Below, piece after piece: positions 23,030 through 35,069 of a stretch of 64,000 nucleotides of DNA. The notes beneath the pieces are model-generated. The model saw nothing but the letters and a program-made list of their open reading frames with translations. It ran no database searches and was not told the DNA's origin. This stretch comes from Octopus sinensis. Taxonomy: Eukaryota. Made by a program: the position numbers and the translations under genes. Where the stretch lies: positions 15,810,001-15,874,000 of the forward strand of contig NC_043014.1 of assembly GCF_006345805.1 (NCBI RefSeq), given 5' to 3'. Position 1 is the stretch's first letter; each line of letters opens with the position of its first letter.

Positions 23030-25730
23030 CAGGGGGTAGAAGACAGCTGGACGTTTCTAAGGGACAACCTGCTGAGAGCCACTGACCAGATCTGTGGCTG
23101 GTGCAAAGTCCCCTCTCGACCTAGAATAACGTGGTGGTGGAACAATAATGTAGACAGGGCTATTAGAGAAAAGAGACAGGCTTGGAAGGTCTGGAAAAAT
23201 GGGGGTAGCAGGGGATTGTATCAGACTGCCAAAAGAGAAGCTAGGAGACAGGTTTATTTAGCCAGAGGGGAAGCAGATAAGAAAAAAAAAAAAAAAAAAA
23301 AAAAAAATTTGCCAATGTTCTGCGCCGTGAGGACCAAAGACTGGAGGTGTTTCGTGTTGCAAGACAGTGTGTGAGAGAGAATCGTGATGTGGTAGGAGAG
23401 AAGTGTGTTCGCATGGAAGATGGTTCACTTGCGCTAAATGAGGATGCAAAGAGAGAGGTTTGGAGATGCCACTATGAAAGGTTGCTGAATGAAGAAAATG
23501 AATGGGATAAAGAGAGTCTGCCGAATGTTGACCCAACAGAGGGACCAGCTATCCGAGTTGATAGTTCCGTGGTAGCTAAGGCAATTAGAAGCATGAAGAC
23601 AGGGAAAGCCCCAGGCCCATCAGGAATCACTGCAGAGATGCTCAAAATGTCTGGTAGTGTCGGCTATAGCCTAGTCACCCGTATAGTTAATCAGGTGATA
23701 CACAAAGGGGTCATACCCAATGACTGTGTGTAGCAGTATAATAGTCAACTGCTATAAAGGTAAAGGTGATGCCCTAGATACAAATAACTACAGAGGTATC
23801 AAGCTGTTGGACCAGGTGATGAAGGTACGGAGAGGGTCATAGCCCAACTAATTAGAGAGAGAGTTAGTTTAGATGAGATGCAGTTTGGGTTTGTGCCAGG
23901 GAAAAGTACTACTGATGCTATATTCCTGGTAAGGCAGCTGCAGGAGAAATACCTAGCCAAAGATAAGCCCCTGTACCTGGCTTTTGTTGACATGGAGAAA
24001 GCCTTCGACAGGGTCCCCCGATCCCTTATCTGGTGGGCAATGAGGAAACTAGGGATAGATGAATGGTTAGTGAGAGCTGTGCGGGCCATGTACAAGGACG
24101 CCGCTAGTAGGGTGAGGGTTGGAAATGTGTACAGTGAAGAATTCCGGGTAGAGGTAGGAGTCCACCAAGGCTCAGTACTCAGCCCCCTCCTATTTATCAT
24201 AGTCCTCCAGGCAATAACGGAGGAATTCAAGACAGGATGCCCTTGGGAGCTCCTCTATGCTGATGACCTTGCTCTAATTGCTGAGTCTCTATCAGAACTG
24301 GAGGAGAAGTTTCAGGTGTGGAAACAAGGATTAGAATCGAAGGGCCTCAGAGTCAATCTAGCTAAAACCAAAGTCGTAATCAGTAGGAAGGTAGACAAAT
24401 CACAAACACCTTCAGGTAGATGGCCCTGCTCGATCTGTAGAAAAGGTGTAGGTAGAAACTCTATAAGATGCACCAAGTGTAAGCTATGGACACATAAGAG
24501 ATGCAGCAATGTCAAAGGAAGGCTAACTAGGAAGATGGTTTTTGTATGTGGCAGATGCTCAGGAACAATAAACACTGAAAATGCTCTGAGACCAACTTCC
24601 GTCACTTTCCAGGAGAAAAACTAGAAATAGTTGATAGTTTCCGTTACCTAGGTGACCAAGTCAGCAGCGGGGGGCGGGTGTGCTGAAAGTGTAACTGCTA
24701 GAGTAAGAATAGCTTGGGCAAAGTTCAGAGAGCTCTTACCTCTACTGGTGACAAAAGGCCTCTCGCACAGAGTGAAAGGCAGACTGTATGATGCGTGTGT
24801 ACGAACAGCCATGCTACATGGCAGTGAAACATGGGCCGTGACTGCTGAGGATATGCGTAAGCTCGCTAGAAATGAAGCCAGTATGCTCCGATGGATGTGT
24901 AATGCCGGTACTCACACTCGGCAGAGTGTAAGTACCTTGAGAGAAAAGCTGGACCTAAGAAGCATCAGTTGTGGTGTGCAAGAGAGACGTTTGCGCTGGT
25001 ATGGTCATGTGGCGAGAATGGATGAAGATAGTTGTGTGAAAAAGTGCCACACTCTAGCGGTTGAGGGAACCTGTGGAAGAGGCAGACCCAGGAAAACCTG
25101 GGACGAGGTGGTGAAGCACGACCTTCGAACTTTAGGTCTCACTGAGGAAATGACTAGAGACCGAGACCTCTGGAAGTGTGCTGTGCGCGAGAAGACCCGG
25201 CAGGACAAGTGAGTCCATACCCGTGGCCTTCTACATGGGATGGAGCCAGCCTACGTATGCATACCTTCCCTTCTTGGGACACAAAACTCTACTTGTGAAG
25301 ACGTGATGAGGCAAGTGAGGATCAGAATCGAAATCGATCAATGGAAATTGCGGATGTGCTACCAGTGCCGGTGGCATGTCAAAACTCTGCTTGTGAAGAC
25401 CCGTTGAGGCAAGTGACGATCAGAATCGAAATCGATCAATGGAAATCGATCAATGGAATTGCAGATGTGTTACCAGTGCCGGTGGCATGTAAGAGAACTT
25501 TCCGTTTCGCGACCGTTGCCAGCACCGCCCCGTTTCGTGTCTGTTGCCAGCCTTGCCTGGCCCTCGTGCCGGTGGCACATAAAAAGCACCATCCGTTCGT
25601 GGCCGTTTGCCAGCTCTGTCTGGCACCAGTGCGGGTGGCACGTAAAAAGCACCCACTACACTCACGGAGTGGTTGGCGTTAGGAAGGGCATCCAGCCGTA
25701 GAAACACTGCCAGATTTGACTGGGCCTGAT
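23030..25730 (+). mobile_element. Young 5'-truncated RTE-clade LINE (ORF2 RT with PHD-like finger, C-terminus, 3' UTR)
   Basis: Contiguous ORF pieces 22811-23374, 23347-23733, 23878-24624, 24652-25212 contain GKAPGPSGI, QFGFVPGKSTTDAIF..QEK..FVDMEKAFDRV, GVHQGSVLSPLLF, LLYADD, RLRWYGHV and GRGRPRKTW. Only a few indels break the frame. Confidence 0.96.
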
Positions 25731-26013
25731 ATCAATCCGTTACCTATTTTGCCAAACTGTTAAGTCACAGGTCATCAAGGGACATAGTCAACACCAGCAA
25801 TAGTTTTTAGATCAGTATAATTATAAACTCACACAAACACACACACGTTTTCTCTTTTCTCCTTTGTCTGTTTCAGTCATGAGACTGTGGCCATGCTGAA
25901 GCACTGCCATGAAATTTTTAGTCAATTGAATTGACCCCAGTTCTTATTGTTTCTTTAAGACTGCTACTCATTCCATCAGCCTCTATTTGCCAAACTGCTT
26001 ATGATACAGGGAT

Positions 26014-26194
26014 GTACAGTTCTATATTTAAGAGATGAGGAATTATGTACATTATTTACATTATTTACATTCGATTGATATATTATTTACATTTGGCAGG
26101 CATATGGCGTAGTGGTTAAGAGTGCGGGCTACTAACCCCAAGATTCCGAGTTCAATTCCAGGCAGTGACCTGAATAATAATAATAATAATAATA

Positions 26195-26230
<36 letters not shown>

Positions 26231-26371
26231 CAACATCAAAAAATACCTTAGGAATGAGAACCCAGGTTCTCATGAACCTGATGAAGGCTGGAGGGTATAT
26301 CAACTGAAACGTGTTAACAACAAACAAGATGAGGACAAATATCTGTCAAATGTAAATAATGTAAATAATGT
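26014..26371 (+). mobile_element. Composite element: inverted tail copy + tRNA-derived head + (AAT)n + PLE-like tail with hammerhead motif, flanked by a 10-bp TSD
   Basis: A box TGGCGTAGTGG at 26105-15; B box GAGTTCAATTCC at 26148-59; (AAT)n at ~26174-26226; HHR-like motif at 26275-26315; direct repeat ATACAGGGAT at 26004-13 and 26372-81. Confidence 0.8.
26275..26315 (+). ncRNA. Degenerate minimal type-I hammerhead ribozyme motif
   Basis: AAC CTGATGA A GGCTG GAGGGTATAT CAACT GAAA CG T GTT: canonical core, imperfect 5-bp stem II, ACGT stem III. The cleavage-site nucleotide appears lost or is G. Confidence 0.6.
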
Positions 26372-26449
26372 ATACAGGGATTTAAATAAACCAAAACCAA
26401 TCGTTAAGCAGTGGTGGAAGACAAACAAAGACACAGACACAAGCACACG

Positions 26450-26493
<44 letters not shown>

Positions 26494-26510
26494 TATATAT
26501 GTGTGTGTAT

Positions 26511-27000
26511 GCAGCTGTCCAAAAATGTCATCACAGTATTATCTACTGATGAGATATGATGTTGTAGGTAGGACATTGTATAACAAGATCTATTGAAAGG
26601 ATGACCCCGAGTACAAAGAAATAAGAACCCATGGTAGGGTGGAAGCCATGGCCACTCATAATAAAAAGGAGTACTGGTGGAATGTCCCAGTGAAAACCTT
26701 AATGAAATGTAAACACAATAGACCTAATATAATGATTTGGAATAGAGAAGAGAAACTGTGCAGTTTTGGAAATCATCTGCCCAGCAGATGTTAATATAAA
26801 GCTGAAGATCAGTGAAAAAGAGAACACCTATGCTGAACTATTGAGAAATCTGCAGTTACTCTATCCAGTTTACAAGCTCAGGTTTATACCTGTAATTATT
26901 AGGGCACTGGGATATGTAATACAATGCCTAAATACCAATCTTAAGAAATTAGGCTTCTCAAAACCAAAAAGGAGTGTAAGGACCATGCAATGCGAGATGA
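26511..27000 (+). mobile_element. RLE-type (R4/Dong/NeSL-like) non-LTR retrotransposon C-terminal fragment
   Basis: SCPK..YLLMRYDVVGRTLY (end of the CCHC knuckle and decayed RH motif), KEYWWNVPV..KHNRP.IMIWN, EIICPAD..KISEKENTYAEL..FIPVIIRALG: a PD-(D/E)xK restriction-like endonuclease. Confidence 0.85.
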
Positions 27001-27100
27001 TAGTAATGGCTCTCTAGTACATCACATGGTCAATGCAATAAATGGACTTGGATAGTACATATAAATGCCAGAGGGAAAAAGGAGACACAACCACGTAGAA

Positions 27101-27962
27101 TGATTAAGAGAAGATTTATTGATATAACAACATGTGTGTCTGTGTGTGTGTCATGGATACAGAAATAAATTGACAGGCCATTACGAGAAGAAAGTTTATG
27201 CACATATGTGTGTATAGGCATGGATGTGTGTGCGTGTTGTGTACGTTTCAGGATGTTGATAAATAGACAGTGAAAGAGTCTATAAAGAGAAGTGAGAAGA
27301 ATGTTTATAGCCACAAGTAAGATAAATAATACCAGTTGATAGTCATTAGTACACGGGAGTTGAAATACTGTATCAAGAAGCTGCAGCCATGATGCTGAGC
27401 CGGTTGCAGGTACATGTCATATGTGAAATCATGGCTGTGATGCTGCTGCCTGGGTCATTTGGTACAGGAGTTCTTGCAGGTTGTATATTCACTGTTGATC
27501 CATGGTGGAGTAATTCACCAACAGAGAAATGTTGGAACCTGGGCGAGTTGCATGCTGAGCTGTGTACGTAGAGATGATGTTGACAACATTAAGGACATGA
27601 TGGTGGCAACGAAGATGGAGGTTGCTATGATGCTGTTGGACGAAGTTAGTAAGTCTCAATGTGGTTGCTGTGGTGTTGTCACTGGAATTGGTTGTGTCTT
27701 TGTGGTCAGTGGCTAGACCTAAAAAGATCTGGAACCGAAAGACATGTATTGAAGAAAAAGCTGGGTTTTTATAGAAAGTAGTAGGCTCAAAATAGGGTTC
27801 GAAAAAGGTTGTTCACGTGATCCCATCTATAGCCTCTGACTGGCTATCTGCGGTCAGCTGGCACAACAGGATAGGAGACAAATTGCACTAACAGCAACCA
27901 ACCAGAGCAATGGACATAATAGGATCCAAACAGTGGCAAAAAGCCAGTTGGTCCCTGCTACA
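27101..27962 (-). mobile_element. Unclassified insertion with TG...CA ends, possibly a solo LTR
   Basis: TG/CA termini, a minus-strand TATAAAA at ~27770 and AATAAA near the 3' end. No clear TSD. Confidence 0.25.
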
Positions 27963-28265
27963 TTCGAGTGCACATATATATATAGAGTTACACTACAGGA
28001 GAAAGCTGATTTGAAGACTACAGATCCAAGCCACCACTAGAACTGTAAAAATCTGTAAAACATTCCAGAAGTTTATCATTTAAGTATATATGAGCAATTA
28101 TATGCATGAGAAGACATACATAAAACAAAACATATGAATCTGCATGTATACATACATACAAAGATACCCTTTGTTGATGTTGAAATTCCAATGAAGGAAC
28201 ATCGGATCAGTTCTTTCTTATTGGCAAGAAATCTTGAACTAATATGTATGTGTATGTATATATAT

Positions 28266-28299
<34 letters not shown>

Positions 28300-28869
28300 A
28301 TATACATATATGTGTGTGTGTGTATGTAGTGTATGTGTCTATATATGTATGTGTATATATGTTACTTCATATGAGTCGTGCATCTGCTTTTGACTGCAGA
28401 ACACAACACACACAATATATATATATATATATATATAGTGTAAATAGAGTTAACAGTTATACTAACCGACTAAGGGATAAAATATCCGTATGTAACTGTA
28501 AACTGTGTTATTCCTTGGCATTGGTGTTCAGGCACTGCACATAGAGTGCAGGAAACAACAGGATAAACAAGAGTTTATCAGGAAACAAATACAAATAATC
28601 AGAGAATGGAGAAAACCTCAGATTAACAAACACACATTGATTGGACCACATTTAAAGCTTATTTTTTATATAAAGCATGACATAAAAAATAGGCGACGTA
28701 ACACATCTTACGGCTGTTTCTGTATTCACTACCAAATGCTGTCTTTAAATAATTGTGAAAATAAAATTCTTCATTTTCATGTCCAATATTAAAAAATCAG
28801 CTATAAATGTGGTCCAGTTGATGTGTTTGTTAATCTGAGGTTTTCTCCATTTTCTAATTATTTATATGT

Positions 28870-30078
28870 ATGTGTGTGTGTGTGTGTATGTGTGTATATA
28901 TATATAATATATATATATATGGATATATATATTATAGCCTCAGGCTGACCAAAACCTTGTGAGTAGATTTTGTACACAGAAACTTAAAGAAGTCTGTCAT
29001 ATATATGTGTACATTTGTGTGTGTGTGTCTGTGTTTGTACCCCAACCATTGCTTGACAACCAATGTTGCTATGTTTACATCCCCATATCCTAGCGGTTCG
29101 GCAAAAAGCACTGATAGAATAAGTACTAGTCTTACAAAGAATAAATCCTGTGGTCGATTTGTTCAACCAACGGCAGTGCTCCAGCATGGCCACAGTCACA
29201 TGACTGAAACAAGTAAAACAATAAAAAAACTATGCCATTTTAATCCTGAGCAAGGCTGGGTATCTCTGCTAGTATATATATATAATTAACATTCTCCGGT
29301 TTTTTTTTTTTTCCGTCCTTGTTTTCATATACATTCACTGCTTTCTTCCAAGGAATCTAATGCTCTTAACTTAGTTTTTTCTTGGGGCTGGCCAGATTGG
29401 AGCAATCTCGAGTATAACCAGCTGAAATTGCAAAGATAATCTGGAACTTGACTGAGGGTAGAAAACTCCAAATGACCCGTCCTTGTTTTCTTTGTATAAT
29501 CTGTCTGGATGTTTTGTTGTCCCTTTTTTGTATCACCTGTCTGGATGTTTTGCATTCTTGTCCCATTTTTGTATTTTTTATATATAACAAAATATATATG
29601 TAATTATATATATATATATATGACAGGCTTCTTTCAGTTTCTTCCGCCAAATCCACTTACAAGGCTTTGGTCAGCTCAAGGCTTTAGTGCAAGACACTTG
29701 CCCAAGGTGTTATGCAGTGGGACCGAACCCAGGACCATGTGGTTGGGAAGCAAACTTCTTACCACACAGCCATGCCTAAACTAAGTAATATTCCCAGTCT
29801 CATTCCAAGTTTTCTATATAAACGAAGCAAATATTCCTGGGCATAATGGTAGGAGGGAACCTAGCTGTTTGATTCTGACAGTTTCCATTTATTATCTTTG
29901 ACCACACAACATTGGTATGGAATATTGTCATAGTTTGGAATCTTGACATAGTGCAAATATATCACATATTGTTGCCAACCAACCAGCCAACCACCCACAA
30001 CCCCTGCTGGCTGTGTTCTCTTACTGTGTTTCCTGCGTTTGATGGACTGCTGTTCAGTGGACAGTGGTGTGTGTGTGT

Positions 30079-30112
<34 letters not shown>

Positions 30113-30205
30113 GGATATATATATTATAGCCTCAGGCTGACCAAAACCTTGTGAGTAGATTTTGTACACAGAAACTTAAAGAAGTCTGTCATATATATGT
30201 GTACA

Positions 30206-30241
<36 letters not shown>

Positions 30242-31288
30242 TACCCCAACCATTGCTTGACAACCAATGTTGCTATGTTTACATCCCCATATCCTAGCGG
30301 TTCGGCAAAAAGCACTGATAGAATAAGTACTAGTCTTACAAAGAATAAATCCTGTGGTCGATTTGTTCAACCAACGGCAGTGCTCCAGCATGGCCACAGT
30401 CACATGACTGAAACTAGTAAAACAATAAAAAAACTATGCCATTTTAATCCTGAGCAAGGCTGGGTATCTCTGCTAGTATATATATATAATTAACATTCTC
30501 CGGTTTTTTTTTTTTTTTTTCCGTCCTTGTTTTCGTATACATTCACTGCTTTCTTCCAAGGAATCTAATGCTCTTAACTTAGTTTTTTCTTGGGGCTGGC
30601 CAGATTGGAGCAATCTCGAGTATAACCAGCTGAAATTGCAAAGATAATCTGGAACTTGACTGAGGGTAGAAAACTCCAAATGACCCGTCCTTGTTTTCTT
30701 TGTATAATCTGTCTGGATGTTTTGTTGTCCCTTTTTTGTATCACCTGTCTGGATGTTTTGCATTCTTGTCCCATTTTTGTATTTTTTATATATAACAAAA
30801 TATATATGTAATTATATATATATATATATGACAGGCTTCTTTCAGTTTCTTCCGCCAAATCCACTTACAAGGCTTTGGTCAGCTCAAGGCTTTAGTGCAA
30901 GACACTTGCCCAAGGTGTTATGCAGTGGGACCGAACCCAGGACCATGTGGTTGGGAAGCAAACTTCTTACCACACAGCCATGCCTAAACTAAGTAATATT
31001 CCCAGTCTCATTCCAAGTTTTCTATATAAACGAAGCAAATATTCCTGGGCATAATGGTAGGAGGGAACCTAGCTGTTTGATTCTGACAGTTTCCATTTAT
31101 TATCTTTGACCACACAACATTGGTATGGAATATTGTCATAGTTTGGAATCTTGACATAGTGCAAATATATCACATATTGTTGCCAACCAACCAGCCAACC
31201 ACCCACAACCCCTGCTGGCTGTGTTCTCTTACTGTTGTTTCCTGCGTTTGATGGACTGCTGTTTCAGTGGACAGTGTGTGTGTGTGTG
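28870..31288. repeat. Near-identical ~1.2-kb tandem duplication (units ~28870-30066 and ~30067-31288)
   Basis: Identical ORF translations repeat with an offset of ~1192-1208 (28984/30176, 29509/30717). Boundaries fall in (TG)n tracts. Confidence 0.95.
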
Positions 31289-32175
31289 TTTTGGAGAAAG
31301 GTGAGAACTATTAGAAGAGGAGAGAGATGTGAGAAAGGATGAAAGATTTAGAGAGAGAGTGATAGGAGATTGGATGGATGAGAAAGGAAGAGGGAGAAAG
31401 AGAGAGAGAAAAAGAGATGTTAATGTGTGTTTGTATGTGATTATTTATGTGTGTTTGTAAGTGAAGAAAGCAAAAAAAATATAAAAGATACAAAGAAAAA
31501 TAGCTGCTTACGTTGGCAACAGTGGCTGAAACAGAAAGAAAGAGAGACAGGAAGAGGGTAGAAGGGAGAGATATGAACTATTAGGAAATCAGAGGGGGGG
31601 GGGAGAAAGGGAGGTAAAGAAAAGATTTAGAAAAGGTTGAGAGAAATAGAGGAAGAAGGAATGAAACAGAATGATGGGACTTATGGGGGAAAAAGAGAGG
31701 AAAACAATTTGAGAGAGAGAGAGAGAAAGAAAGAAAATTTTGAGAAGAGAGAAATAGAGGAAGAAGCAAGGAAACAAAATGATGGGATTTAAAGGGAAAA
31801 AGAGAGAGAAACAATTAGAGAGAGAGAGAGAGAAAAAGATGAAGAGGTGGAGATAGAGAAGCGAGCTAGCATTTGTTTATACATGTACGCCTGTGAAAAA
31901 TGAATATAAAAGAGAATCTGTGTGTATACACATGAACTTAATGGAGTAAATGGGAAGCTGTCAGTAGACATATAGGCATCATTATGGAGAGGAAAAGGTT
32001 CAATTTACAACTGTGTGCTTCCAAGTTCAACTCCACAAAGTAGTTCTTTGGGCAAATTTTTTTATAAGTCTTAGGCTGGTGGGCCAATATATTGAGTGGA
32101 GTTCAGTTCATTAAAGCTGTACATAAACTCATCATTATATATCTGTTTGTCTACACACACACACACACACAAACA

Positions 32176-32213
<38 letters not shown>

Positions 32214-32214
32214 A

Positions 32215-32426
32215 GGGTGCTGAAAAGTTCCTGGCTTAGGGTAAAAGGAAATAGAGGAGGATCAGTTAATTATAATTTTATTCAACATAATCCCCACTCA
32301 GATTCACACACTTATTGCAGTGGTACTTCAGTTTTTCTAAACCCTGTAAAAAAAACTCGAAAGGTTGGGCCTCCAACCAGACCTTTTGCAATACCCTTAA
32401 GGTCAGGAACTTTTTAGCAGCCCCTC

Positions 32427-32428
<2 letters not shown>
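32215..32428 (-). mobile_element. Mariner-derived MITE
   Basis: TIRs GGTGCTGAAAAGTTCCTGGCTT / AAGGTCAGGAACTTTTTAGCAGCCC. Internal GLEKLKYHCNKCVNLSGDYVE* is the mariner transposase C-terminus. Confidence 0.85.
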
Positions 32429-32460
<32 letters not shown>

Positions 32461-32618
32461 GAAAATAATAATGCAATACAAATGTATTACTTTCCAGTAA
32501 AAGATAGCCCCATAAGGGTAAAATTATACGTATAAAAGTAGATAAATGGTGCCTTGTTGTACCATTTATCTACTTATATATATATATAGACACACACACA
32601 CACACATATATGCCTGTG

Positions 32619-32654
<36 letters not shown>

Positions 32655-32859
32655 GTCCAACCCATGCTAGCATGGAAAGCGGACATTAAACGATGATGAT
32701 GATATATATATATATATATGTATATATACAATTATATAAATAAGATATATATATATATATAGATCATCATCATTGTTTAATGTCCGCTTTCCATGCTAGC
32801 ATGGGTTGGACAGATATATATATATATATACATATATACATACAAATATGCACATACAT

Positions 32860-33035
32860 ATGTATAGGCATAGGAGTGGCTGTGTGGTAAGTAGCCTGCT
32901 TACAAACCACATGGTTCCAGGTTCAGTCACACTGCGTGTCACCTTGGGCAAGTGTCTTCTACTATAGACTTGGGCCGACCAAAGCCTTGTGAGTGGATTT
33001 GGTAGACAGAAACTGAAAGAAGCCTGACGTATATA

Positions 33036-33080
<45 letters not shown>

Positions 33081-33098
33081 TATATATATTATATTATA

Positions 33099-33134
<36 letters not shown>

Positions 33135-33358
33135 TGTATGTATGTATGTATGTATGTATGTATGGGAGTGCGTGTCTGTGTCTGTCCCCCTATCACATGA
33201 CAACTGATGCTGGTGTGTTTATGCTCCGTAACTTAGCAGTTCGGCAATAGAATAAGTACTAGGCTTACAAAGAATAAGTCCTGGGGTTGATTTTCTCGAC
33301 TAAAGGCAGTGCTCCAGCATAGCTGCAGTCAAATGACTGAAACAAGTAAAAGAGTAAA
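32860..33358 (+). mobile_element. Full-length family-A SINE with internal (TA)/(TATG) expansion
   Basis: Head GGAGTGGCTGTGTGGTAAG..GGTTCAGTCAC and tail GCAGTCAAATGACTGAAACAAGTAAAAGA. Other copies at 37012-37410 (+), 41925-42310 (-), 58360-58722 (-). Confidence 0.85.
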
Positions 33359-34737
33359 AGAGTATACATATATATGTATATACATATGCATATATGGGTA
33401 CAGGACATCATAAAACATAAACAACATGACATATGAAACACAAGAACATAGAATACAAACCTTTTTATGTGAACAACGAAAGAAATAAGTGGAAAACAAG
33501 ACAAGTAACATAAAGAATGACCCTTCATCAGTTGTTGACTGTTTTATCTACCCTACATTTTGAGCAATTATGACAAGATGTGCCTTCGAGAAACCAGCTG
33601 CTCCTGCAAAGCAAAATAAAATTTGGGATTTGCAGAGGGTCAAAATTGGCAACAAAAACAGGACAGTGGAAACAAACACTAAGTGGTGACTGCTGGAGGG
33701 ACAAGCTGTGACAGGAGAAAAGATAGGAGAGGAGTCAGGCAAGAATGCATCTGATCTGTGTGGCAAATCAAAAGGAAAGAAAGAAACTCAAGTTAGGAAA
33801 AGAAAGATGGTCGATGGTCACATGTGAGCAATGAGAGAGTAAAGGAGGAAGAGTGAAAAAGTGAGAGGAACAGAGAGAAAATGGTGATGAGGAGAGGAAA
33901 GAATTAGAGAAAGATGAGAAAGAAAAAATGAAAGTGGGAGAAGGGGAGATAAAAAGAATTAGAGAAAGGGAGAGAGAGGAAATGAAAGGGGAGAGGGAAA
34001 GAGAACAGCAGAAGATAGAGTTGCATCAGAATTATTAAGATAAACAAATAAGAATATAAATAATATATATATATATATGACGCATATATATATGCATATA
34101 TATATATATATATACATATATATACACACATACATATATATACATGCATATATACACACATATACACACATACATATATACATATATATGCACGCATGCA
34201 TATATATACATGCATATATATATATATATATATATATATGCCCAGTTTAATCCGGCAATGTTTCTATGGCTGGATGCCCTTCCTAACGCCATATATATAC
34301 ATATATATATACGTATATATATATATACACACATATAGATATGTATATATATGTATATATTGTTGGCATCCTTTTTTGTCTTGGGAGAGAACGGAGTTGC
34401 ACATAAAATAATCTACTCCGGCTTTTACATTTCATGTCCTAATACATCTGCTGTGGCTGAGATATATTAGGACATATATGTATCATAGGTACTTTACCTT
34501 TAAGCTAAACTGCCCAGCGACAAATTGTTCTGCAATTTTAGGATATATAAATCTAGCTTTATAAGACGCTACTGTACATTAAATTCAACTTACGTTGAAA
34601 ATCAACAAGCAGTTTGCTTTAGAAGCATTGAGATGTATTGAAAGATGAGGAAATAATTTATTCTTAAATTTAACGTATGATAGTGTCTTATAAAACTTGA
34701 GTTATATATCCTAAAATGTCAGAACAATTTGTCACTG

Positions 34738-34813
34738 GGCAGTTTAGCTTCATGGTAAAGCACTTGATGTGTAATCACAGGGATGTGAGTTTGAGTCTCA
34801 TGGCTGGCTGCCA
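34738..34813 (+). pseudogene. Decayed tRNA-Thr(TGT)-like sequence
   Basis: Acceptor GGCAGTT/GGCTGCC, D arm GCTT..AAGC, anticodon TGT at 34770-72, T arm GTGAG-TTTGAGT-CTCAT, then a T-run. The anticodon stem and B box are damaged. Confidence 0.55.
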
Positions 34814-34968
34814 AAAGATTTTTCTGTAAAATATAGATAGTTTATCCTGTTCATGCTATATTGTTAGCATTATCCTGCATTCGAGAATAAATCATTTCCT
34901 TATCTATATATATATACATATTATATGTATACATATATATATGTATATACAAAGATATAAATATATAC

Positions 34969-35069
<101 letters not shown>

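Noticed and set aside
27235-27260. Minus-strand CCTGAAACGTAC as a hammerhead half
   Set aside because: No upstream CUGANGA or stem II found.
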